The notes beneath the pieces are model-generated. The model was not told the origin of the DNA. It made no database searches and worked only from the letters and a program-made list of their open reading frames with translations. From an archaeon (GTDB taxonomy: Archaea > Nanobdellota > Nanobdellia > Woesearchaeales > UBA9642): DNA of 64,000 nt. Positions within the stretch are counted from its first letter, which is position 1; every line of letters starts with the position of its first letter. Below are positions 12,798-20,168 of the stretch, in pieces. The stretch is from positions 121,468-185,467 of the forward strand of contig JAGVGF010000001.1 of assembly GCA_020057295.1 (NCBI GenBank), in the 5' to 3' direction. Both the position numbers and the translations under genes were made by a program.

Positions 12798-13283
12798 ATG
12801 GATGAATCTACTGAGACAAAAATCTATTGTTTAAGAACTACTGCTAATCGTGAAGATCAAGTTATGGACTTTGTTGTTAGCAACGCTGATAGGAAAAAGA
12901 TTTCTATTAATGCTGTTATTAGACCACATGGTTTAAGAGGATACATTTTCATTGAAGCACCTAACAAAGCTACTGCCGAGCAAGCTGCTTTTGGTATTCC
13001 ATATGCTAGAGGAATATTAGCTAGTGACATTAAATATACTGAAATAGAACATATGCTTGAACAAGTCAAGAAAGAAATGAATATTCAGAAAAATGATATT
13101 GCTGAAATTATTTCAGGCGCATTCAAGAGAGAAAAATGTAAGATTACACGTGTAGATAAAGTTAAGGAAGAGGCTGTTGTAGAATTATTAGAAGCAGCTG
13201 TTCCAATTCCTATAACATTAAAACTTGATGCTTTAAAAGTTATTCGTAGAGAAGGCGAAGAGTCAGACGAGGATATTAATTAA
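12798..13283 (+). CDS. spt5: Transcription elongation factor Spt5 (NusG)
   Basis: It has a NusG N-terminal-like domain (IYCLRTTANREDQV, GYIFIEA) and a KOW region (DIAEIISGAFKREKCKITRVD). It lies in secE-spt5-rpl11 synteny. Confidence 0.85.
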   Translation: MDESTETKIYCLRTTANREDQVMDFVVSNADRKKISINAVIRPHGLRGYIFIEAPNKATAEQAAFGIPYARGILASDIKYTEIEHMLEQVKKEMNIQKNDIAEIISGAFKREKCKITRVDKVKEEAVVELLEAAVPIPITLKLDALKVIRREGEESDEDIN

Positions 13284-13298
13284 TAATTGGGTGATTTT

Positions 13299-14042
13299 AT
13301 GGGTAAACAATCTGTTGATGCTTTAATAAACGGTGGCCAAGCTAGTGCAGCACCACCATTAGGACCTGCTTTAGGTCCATTAGGAGTAAATATTGGTCAA
13401 GTAATAGTTGAAATTAATAAAAAGACAGCATCATTTAAGGGTATGCAAGTTCCAATCAAAGTTACTGTTGATACTGATACAAAAGCTTTTGAGATTAGTG
13501 TAGGAACTCCTCCAGCTTCTGGATTATTATTAAAAGAAGCAGGAATAGAAAAAGGTTCTGGTAAACCTCAGAAGGATAAAGTTGCTGATATCTTAATCGA
13601 GCAAATTATTAAAGTTGCTAAGATGAAAGAAGATGCTTTACTTGGTAAAACATTAAAATCTAAAGTTAAAGAAGTCATTGGTACAGCTAATAGTTTAGGT
13701 ATGCTAGTAGAAGGTATGAATGCTAAAGATGCTATTAAAGCTGTTGATGCAGGAAAATTCGATGCTGAGATAAAAGCTGAAAAGACAGAATTGACTGCTG
13801 ATGAAATGAAGAAACTTCAAGAAGAGAAGAAGAGATTACAAGAAGATATAGAAAAGAGACATGCTGACGAGTTGAAGAAGGCAACAGATATTGTTGAATC
13901 CTTAAAAGGAAAAGAGAAATCTGTTATTAAAGCTAAACTTCACGAAGCAGGTATCCCTGAAGATCTTATCAAGAAGTTATTGCCTGCCGATGTCGCTGCA
14001 TCAGCTGGTGAAGCTAAGGGTAAGGCTCCAGCTAAGAAGTAA
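13299..14042 (+). CDS. rpl11: 50S ribosomal protein L11 (uL11) with a C-terminal extension of about 90 aa
   Basis: GGQASAAPPLGPALGPLGVNIGQV is the L11 signature. The canonical protein ends near DAGKFDAEI. A K/E-rich extension follows, up to the stop at 14042. The ORF-track start at 13287 is a TTG, so I use the ATG at 13299. Confidence 0.88.
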   Translation: MGKQSVDALINGGQASAAPPLGPALGPLGVNIGQVIVEINKKTASFKGMQVPIKVTVDTDTKAFEISVGTPPASGLLLKEAGIEKGSGKPQKDKVADILIEQIIKVAKMKEDALLGKTLKSKVKEVIGTANSLGMLVEGMNAKDAIKAVDAGKFDAEIKAEKTELTADEMKKLQEEKKRLQEDIEKRHADELKKATDIVESLKGKEKSVIKAKLHEAGIPEDLIKKLLPADVAASAGEAKGKAPAKK

Positions 14043-14220
14043 TCTTAGATTTTTTATTTTTTTATTAAATTTTTATTTTCTCATTAATATTTTCTAGAAG
14101 GAAATTTCAATTATATAAGAACATACGTGATTTAAAATAATAAAAAATACGATTTTTTGGGATTAAAAATTACAAAATAAACTCTTTATTTGACTTAAAA
14201 TAATTTTTAATAATAAAAAG

Positions 14221-14230
14221 ATTTATAAAT
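14221..14230 (+). promoter_or_regulatory. Candidate TATA box for the pilin-like gene cluster
   Basis: An atttataaat element lies about 45-55 nt upstream of the ATG at 14276, which is itself preceded by a gaggtg ribosome-binding site. Confidence 0.35.
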
Positions 14231-14275
14231 ATCAACATTCAGTATTCACGTATAATACTTTAAGAGGTGTGTATC

Positions 14276-14740
14276 ATGAATAAGAAAGGTTCTATGGAAT
14301 TGAGTGTGAACTCAATCGTCATTCTTGTTATAGCAATTGTGATGTTAGGATTAATACTAGGATTTGTAAAATCAAAATTTTCAGATGTAGGAAAAGGTCT
14401 AGATTCTAAGGAACCAGACGCACCACAACCATCTGCATCAGAACCATTAACATTATCAAGAACTGAATTATTAGTAAGTCCTGGAGATACTGGTGCATTG
14501 AAAATAAGAATATTTAATCCGAGCGTTTCTCCCACAGTTGGCACGTATCCAAATATAACTTGTACGGCTATGAGCAATGTTCTATATACTGCAAGAGATT
14601 TAAAGGCAGCTACTGAAGGTAATTATATTGTAAGTTTCGCAATTCCATCAAGTAAAGCTAAAAGTAGTTACTTGTGTCAAGTCAATGCTAGTAACATAGG
14701 AGAAGTAAATCCAGTAGATTTCGTCGTTAAGGTGCAATAG
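14276..14740 (+). CDS. Type IV pilin-like protein (class III signal peptide), paralog 1
   Basis: MNKKG/SMELSVNSIVILVIAIVMLGLILGFV gives a short basic leader, Gly, then a hydrophobic helix. A GAGGTG site precedes the ATG at 14276. The ORF-track start at 14267 is a GTG inside that site. Confidence 0.6.
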   Translation: MNKKGSMELSVNSIVILVIAIVMLGLILGFVKSKFSDVGKGLDSKEPDAPQPSASEPLTLSRTELLVSPGDTGALKIRIFNPSVSPTVGTYPNITCTAMSNVLYTARDLKAATEGNYIVSFAIPSSKAKSSYLCQVNASNIGEVNPVDFVVKVQ

Positions 14741-14751
14741 AGGTGTTTATT

Positions 14752-15243
14752 ATGAATAAGAAAGGTTCTATGGAATTGAGTGTAAACTCAATCGTCATTC
14801 TAGTAATTGCTATAGTAATGTTAGGATTAATACTAGGATTTGTAAGAACAAAATTTTCAGATGTAGGAAAGGGAATAAATTCTAAAGAACCAGATGCACC
14901 ATCAGCATCTGCATCAGAACCAATCACCTTATCAAGAAATGAAATCTTAGCAAGTCCTGGAGATAGTATTGCATTGAAAGTTAACATTTTCAATCCTGAT
15001 ACTGGAAATTATAGTACTGTACAACCAATACTTGTCTGTAGTGGAACTGATCCAACAACTAACAAACAAACTAATAATAAAAGTATAACAGCAGCTAAAC
15101 AAGGAACATACATACTAAATTTTAATATTCCTGCAAGTACTGTGAAAAGCAATTATTTGTGTACAGTTAAAGCATCTAACGATGGTGGTACAACAAGCAT
15201 TATTAACATTTCACAGGCAGATGTAGTTATCAAGATTGAGTAA
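14752..15243 (+). CDS. Type IV pilin-like protein (class III signal peptide), paralog 2
   Basis: The N-terminus is nearly the same as paralog 1 (MNKKGSMELSVNSIVILVIAIVMLGLILGFV). The C-terminal domain has diverged. Confidence 0.6.
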   Translation: MNKKGSMELSVNSIVILVIAIVMLGLILGFVRTKFSDVGKGINSKEPDAPSASASEPITLSRNEILASPGDSIALKVNIFNPDTGNYSTVQPILVCSGTDPTTNKQTNNKSITAAKQGTYILNFNIPASTVKSNYLCTVKASNDGGTTSIINISQADVVIKIE

Positions 15244-15256
15244 GGAGGAGATTTTC

Positions 15257-15478
15257 ATGAAAAGACATTTAACAAGACAAGAAGAATTTGACATTTTAAA
15301 AATAGTATTAGACAAATTTTTATTATTAGGAGTATTCCTACTAGCTTACGGATTATATAAGATTATAGAATCCACCACAAGTATATTGATGGGTGTTGCT
15401 GTAATGCTTGGTGGAGTAGTACTACTAATATTATTAACAGTATTATTAGTTAGAGAATACGAGTTCATCAAAAACTAA
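15257..15478 (+). CDS. Small two-TM membrane protein, hypothetical
   Basis: An AAGGAGG site precedes the ATG at 15257, and the protein has two hydrophobic helices. It is embedded between pilin-like genes. Confidence 0.4.
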   Translation: MKRHLTRQEEFDILKIVLDKFLLLGVFLLAYGLYKIIESTTSILMGVAVMLGGVVLLILLTVLLVREYEFIKN

Positions 15479-15533
15479 TTTTGGTTTGAATAAAACCAAA
15501 ACTTTTTATTCTATTATCTTTTTATTTTAAAAA

Positions 15534-16112
15534 ATGAACACTAAAGGCGCTATTGAACTTTCTGCAAACTTTATCGTTGTAATTATAATATCTATGGTAA
15601 TACTTGCTGGGGGAATAGGAATATTCTTCAAGCTTAAGGCTAGTGCCCAAAGTTATGTCGATAAATTAGATGGTCAGACTCAAGACAGATTAAAGAGCAT
15701 GATGCTTAGCAATAATTATAAAACAGCTATTTTTCCAAGTGATCCTGTAATTAAAAGAGGAGATTCACAATTAATAGGCATAGGAATAACAAATATTTAT
15801 GATTATAAGAATACATTTTATATTAAAACAAGCAATAATCTTATGAAATATTATGCAGGACCTGACGCAACTGCTCAACTTGCAACTGCGGTTACTCCTT
15901 CTAGCATTCCTGCAGACTTTGTTAATCCTCTTACCGGTACAACAATAGGCAGTATATCTATTAATCCGCATGATCAACAGAGTAAAGGCGTTCTATTAAA
16001 GATACCGAAGAATGCACCAAAAGGACAGTATATATACACATTTAATATAACTAATAGCAGTGTAAACGGTGCACAATACGGTATATTACAAGTTTATGTT
16101 AGTGTGCCTTAG
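15534..16112 (+). CDS. Type IV pilin-like protein (class III signal peptide), divergent member
   Basis: MNTKG/AIELSANFIVVIIISMVILAGGIGIFF has the same KG-x-x-ELS-x-N architecture as the two upstream genes. Confidence 0.55.
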   Translation: MNTKGAIELSANFIVVIIISMVILAGGIGIFFKLKASAQSYVDKLDGQTQDRLKSMMLSNNYKTAIFPSDPVIKRGDSQLIGIGITNIYDYKNTFYIKTSNNLMKYYAGPDATAQLATAVTPSSIPADFVNPLTGTTIGSISINPHDQQSKGVLLKIPKNAPKGQYIYTFNITNSSVNGAQYGILQVYVSVP

Positions 16113-16134
16113 GATAATAAAAATATTTAAGAAT

Positions 16135-16845
16135 TTATTTTACATCTTTTAATAATTCTATTAAGAATTTTTCTGGATCGCGTGCTAATACATAATGTGA
16201 TGATAACAGAACTCCTTTAGCTCCATCTCTTAATGCAATCTTTAAATCATTATTATCTTTTATTCCCGCTCCTACTAGTACAGGAACATTTCCACACATC
16301 TTTACAGCTTTACGTATTATTTCAGGTTTACCTTGACTTACACTAACTTCTCCACCTATTAATTCTGGTGGTTCTACAGCTATGAATGTCGGTTTAATAA
16401 GTTTGAATCCTGAAACTTTTTTGGCTTCAGCATAATCTTTAACACATACAATGCTTATCATATCTAATTCTTTTAATTTTATTACACTGCCTTCAATATC
16501 TTTAATTACTATGCGTTTTTCAGAATGATTAAGTAATGATCCTCTAACGTTAATATTTAGTAGATGTTCTGGAATGATATTCCCTGTGCTTTTACCAATT
16601 TCTGAATAATCAGAATGTTGAGCATATACTGGAATTTTAACGCTTGATGCTACATCTTTCAAATCTATTGCTTGAACACAAACAATAATGTTTAATCCTG
16701 TTTGTTCCTGAACTTTCTCTGCTATTTGTGCAAGTTTTGTCGCATTCAGTCCTGTGCTTTCCTTGTAAGTTTTAAAATTTATTACAATAAAGGGTTTACT
16801 AAAATCTAGTTTCTTAGTTATGAATGGTTTTTTGTTAAATATCAT
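16135..16845 (-). CDS. tpiA: Triosephosphate isomerase (archaeal type)
   Basis: INFKTY, LLNHSEKR, AVEPPELIG and LVGAGI motifs are present. The start was moved to the internal ATG (MIFNKK), which gives an archaeal-size TIM. Confidence 0.85.
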   Translation of the reverse strand: MIFNKKPFITKKLDFSKPFIVINFKTYKESTGLNATKLAQIAEKVQEQTGLNIIVCVQAIDLKDVASSVKIPVYAQHSDYSEIGKSTGNIIPEHLLNINVRGSLLNHSEKRIVIKDIEGSVIKLKELDMISIVCVKDYAEAKKVSGFKLIKPTFIAVEPPELIGGEVSVSQGKPEIIRKAVKMCGNVPVLVGAGIKDNNDLKIALRDGAKGVLLSSHYVLARDPEKFLIELLKDVK

Positions 16846-16963
16846 ACTACATAATAATAACTGGTATTTATAAGACTTATTACCCACTCTGATGGAGATA
16901 CAATATATAAATTAAGATTATGTTCGCATAAACCTTTATAAACAATATTCTAGTCTCTAAATA

Positions 16964-17629
16964 ATGAATGAAGTAAAATCATTTAATAATATCCCGAACA
17001 TTCGAATAGTTAATAACAAAAAAGTTTTTAATTGTACACAATGTGGTGAATGTTGTCATATCAGAGAAAAAGATAAAAACATAAGCGATAAAGAAGAAGC
17101 TGATTATCGTCAATACATGTTTACTAATTTTGGGATAATATACTTAGCTAAACTTTCTGATATTACTATAAATGTATGGCCTGAAGAAGCCGAAGCCTTG
17201 AAAAAGGAAGCTAAAGATAAAAAAATAAATATAAAGATTTTACCAAAAAGAGCAGTATATGATTCTAAAAATCATGAATTAACAATTTTAGATTATTATA
17301 TTGATCATGATGTTTGTCCGTTTTTTGATGCAAAAAATAGACTTTGCGGCGTATACATGCATAGACCTATAATTTGTCGATCATATCCGTTATTAACAAC
17401 AAAAAACCTCGGCAAATGCGAATATAAATTATCTAATCCTAATGATTATGCTGATGAAAAGTTTGAAGCTGAAAAACTTGAAAAGATGGTAAATTTACAG
17501 AAAAGCATACTCAAAGATTTGGTGGATAAAGGAGAGATTGTTATTCCTGAAAGTATTAGCGTTGATGAAATGGAAAATATTATAACAACAGCCAAATTTA
17601 AAGAATTAAGGATAATGGATAAGATATAA
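16964..17629 (+). CDS. YkgJ/UPF0153-type cysteine-cluster (CxxCxxCC) protein
   Basis: It has an N-terminal CTQCGECCH motif and a second Cys cluster, CPFFDAKNRLCGVYMHRPIICRSYP. Confidence 0.6.
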   Translation: MNEVKSFNNIPNIRIVNNKKVFNCTQCGECCHIREKDKNISDKEEADYRQYMFTNFGIIYLAKLSDITINVWPEEAEALKKEAKDKKINIKILPKRAVYDSKNHELTILDYYIDHDVCPFFDAKNRLCGVYMHRPIICRSYPLLTTKNLGKCEYKLSNPNDYADEKFEAEKLEKMVNLQKSILKDLVDKGEIVIPESISVDEMENIITTAKFKELRIMDKI

Positions 17630-17702
17630 AAAATTTCTTAAGATAAAAAAGAATTTAATATAAAATTTAGAGAAAATGTATTAAAAAAAATAATATAAGA
17701 AT

Positions 17703-18026
17703 TTATAACTCAAATATTTTTGGATCCACTTGCTTCTTATTTGGCAAAGTTATCCTTTGTTGCTCTGCAACTTTTGGATCAAGTGATACATCAACATTTC
17801 TTATTGGTACTCTTGGTCTTGCTGGAGCATTTGATTGCTGCGCTACAGGTGCTGGTGTTGATTGCTGCTTCTTTTGCCAACATTTTTCACAATACTTCTT
17901 GCCATTAGCAACAGTTAAACATTCTTCACATATTGGTTTACCACACCATCCACAATTATATGTGCATTCTATTTGATGTTTCATACATCTTGGTCCAGAT
18001 ACAGTTTTAATAGCCATCTTAGTCAC
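17703..18026 (-). CDS. Cys-rich zinc-binding (B-box-like) protein, hypothetical
   Basis: CMKHQIECTYNCGWCGKPICEECLTVANGKKYCEKCW is followed by a Q/P-rich tail. Confidence 0.4.
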   Translation of the reverse strand: MTKMAIKTVSGPRCMKHQIECTYNCGWCGKPICEECLTVANGKKYCEKCWQKKQQSTPAPVAQQSNAPARPRVPIRNVDVSLDPKVAEQQRITLPNKKQVDPKIFEL

Positions 18027-18075
18027 CTTTGAATAATATACTCACCACTTTATGATAGATTATACAATAACCCAT

Positions 18076-18882
18076 TTATATAGTTTTGGGTTTAATCTTC
18101 CATAGTTTCCATAGGAAAACACATGAGACTACAATTATAACTAAACTTACCCATTGTCCAACGTTCAAACTTATGCCTAAGAATGTGTATAATAGTTCAT
18201 CTCTATAGAATGTTACTATAAATCTTAAGATACTATAAGTTAATACAAATGTCCAAAATATCGTACCTTTACGATAAGTTTTTCTGACTTTCTCATGATA
18301 TATATAGTATGAGGATAAAATTCCAAACATTACAAAATTTGCTATTGATTCATAAATTTGTGTAGGATGTCTGCAATAATCATCTATTCTTTTAAACACT
18401 ACACACCATGGTGTAGACTGTGAGTCTGTTATTCTTCCATATAGTTCTGAATTAGTATAATTAGCTAATTTACCTATTACTAATGCAAATGCTGTAGGTA
18501 TAACTAGTAAATCCGCTATATCATAGAAATGTATCTTATATTTTTTGCAAAATAGTATAGTTACTATTATCGCGCCGATTAATCCGCCTTGAAATGCTAA
18601 ACCTCCATTCCATATCATATATATCTGAGATAAATCATTCGCATAATCAGGCCAACTGTAGATAAATATGTCAAATAACCTTGCCATTATTATAGAACCA
18701 ATTATTAACCATAGAAAGTATGAGTCTAATTGATCGTATGATAATTTAAGTTTCTTTTTACTGATATTATATCTTAAGAATAAATATCCTAGAATGAATC
18801 CTATAACGTACACTAGACCGTAATATCTTATGTCAAATGGTCCAATTCTAAGCAGTACAGGATTTATATTATTAATGAACAT
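18076..18882 (-). CDS. lgt: Prolipoprotein diacylglyceryl transferase (Lgt) homolog
   Basis: Polytopic membrane protein. Motifs are IGPFDIRYYGLVYVIGF, WNGGLAFQGGLIGA, GKLANYTNSELYGR (compare E. coli GRLGNFINGELWGR) and RHPTQIYES (compare RHPSQLYE). Confidence 0.8.
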   Translation of the reverse strand: MFINNINPVLLRIGPFDIRYYGLVYVIGFILGYLFLRYNISKKKLKLSYDQLDSYFLWLIIGSIIMARLFDIFIYSWPDYANDLSQIYMIWNGGLAFQGGLIGAIIVTILFCKKYKIHFYDIADLLVIPTAFALVIGKLANYTNSELYGRITDSQSTPWCVVFKRIDDYCRHPTQIYESIANFVMFGILSSYYIYHEKVRKTYRKGTIFWTFVLTYSILRFIVTFYRDELLYTFLGISLNVGQWVSLVIIVVSCVFLWKLWKIKPKTI

Positions 18883-18966
18883 GATAAAACAAAAGCTTAG
18901 AAATATATAAATTTGATTATATTAACATGTTATACACAAAATATAAAAAAATATTCTAAAAAATGA

Positions 18967-19497
18967 TTATATTAGATACTTTCTATCTATTGGTGTGAAA
19001 TCGTCTGCTACATCTAATAATTTTGAACTTGTTGTTTTTTCAAATCCTATAACTTCAACTCTACATCCTAAACCCTTAAGGTAAAGTACTAAATCTGCAA
19101 AATCTCCATCACCAGATACTAAAACTATTGTATCGACTTTTGGAGCAAGTCTTATTGTGTCCATTGCTATTCCAACGTCCCAGTCTCCTTTCTTATGTCC
19201 TCCGACAAATATTTGTAAATCTTTACTTTTAACTTCAAAACCTACATTTTTTAATGCTTCACGAAAATTGTTTTCATCAGGCATGTCTGCTTTGATTACA
19301 TACGCTAATGCCCTGATTAATCTTCTGTTAGATACTGCTTTTTTTATTAACATTCCAAAATTTACTTTTCTATTGAATAAATTTTTTCCAGAGTAATACA
19401 TATTTTGTACATCTACAAACACAGCTACTTTCTGATCTTTATGTTTTAACGAATCTTCATTTTTATTACTTGCTGTTATTCTATTAATCATTGCCAT
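18967..19497 (-). CDS. NYN-domain (LabA/DUF88) putative RNase
   Basis: VAVFVDVQNMYY and DTIVLVSGDGDFADLVLYLKGLGCRVEVIGF are typical of NYN/LabA proteins. Confidence 0.75.
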   Translation of the reverse strand: MAMINRITASNKNEDSLKHKDQKVAVFVDVQNMYYSGKNLFNRKVNFGMLIKKAVSNRRLIRALAYVIKADMPDENNFREALKNVGFEVKSKDLQIFVGGHKKGDWDVGIAMDTIRLAPKVDTIVLVSGDGDFADLVLYLKGLGCRVEVIGFEKTTSSKLLDVADDFTPIDRKYLI

Positions 19498-19539
19498 TGA
19501 TTCACCTTGTTTATATTTTGTATAATTTATTGCATTGCA

Positions 19540-19983
19540 CTATTCAATCATGCACTTGCATTTCTTATATTTCACTGTCCCGTCTAAGGATTTCAATATT
19601 ATTTTATTCTCTTTCTTAATATTTTTTCCATATGGACAGTTTGAAACATGTATAATATTAGATTTTTTTGATACATAATACTTTTTTGACTGTTTCAAGT
19701 CTTTAAGTATTTCCTGCTTTTTTTCAGATAAAACTTTTTCTTTCACGGAATCTTGCACAATACTTATTTTGTCTTTATCGCTCGAGAATTTTTCTGCAAC
19801 CTTTTCCTTTAATAAAGTGTTTATAGCATCTTTTGTTAATATCAAATCTTCCTTACGATATATTATATTACACTGTTTACAAAAATATAAGTACATATCG
19901 TTACCCTTAACGTCACTATGACATATAGGGCATGCCTTTTCTAATGTTTCTATACTCTCTGACTTGTTCCTAAATAGCGCCAT
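19540..19983 (-). CDS. Zinc-ribbon protein, hypothetical
   Basis: An N-terminal CPICH..CKQC ribbon is present. The C-terminal IHVSNCPYGKNIKKENKI...YKKCKC resembles an Ada-type metal-binding motif. Confidence 0.4.
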   Translation of the reverse strand: MALFRNKSESIETLEKACPICHSDVKGNDMYLYFCKQCNIIYRKEDLILTKDAINTLLKEKVAEKFSSDKDKISIVQDSVKEKVLSEKKQEILKDLKQSKKYYVSKKSNIIHVSNCPYGKNIKKENKIILKSLDGTVKYKKCKCMIE

Positions 19984-20026
19984 TATTGGCTTAAGATTGT
20001 CTGATTTATATTTGTTACCATTTCAA

Positions 20027-20137
20027 TAAACTATCAAAACTTCGTTTTGGGAGTTTCTCGGAAAACTTTCAGTTTTCCAGTAAACTGAAAAAACTTCGTT
20101 TTGAAGTTTTCTGGAAATCAAAGATTTCCAGTAAACT
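20027..20137. repeat. Tandem repeat of about 51-54 bp (two full units); each unit carries two hairpins
   Basis: taaact occurs at 20027, 20081 and 20132. Hairpin A is caaaac-ttc-gttttg at 20035-20049 and aaaac-ttc-gtttt at 20090-20102. Hairpin B is ggaaaact-ttc-agttttcc at 20060-20078 and ctggaaatc-aaa-gatttccag at 20111-20131. Confidence 0.7.
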
Positions 20138-20168
20138 ATTTAAATCACTCTCTAATCTTTGATTCTAG

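Noticed and set aside
20027-20137. A possible mini-CRISPR array.
   Set aside because: There are only two full units, the units are contiguous with no unique spacers between them, and no cas genes are nearby. I interpret it as a tandem hairpin repeat instead.
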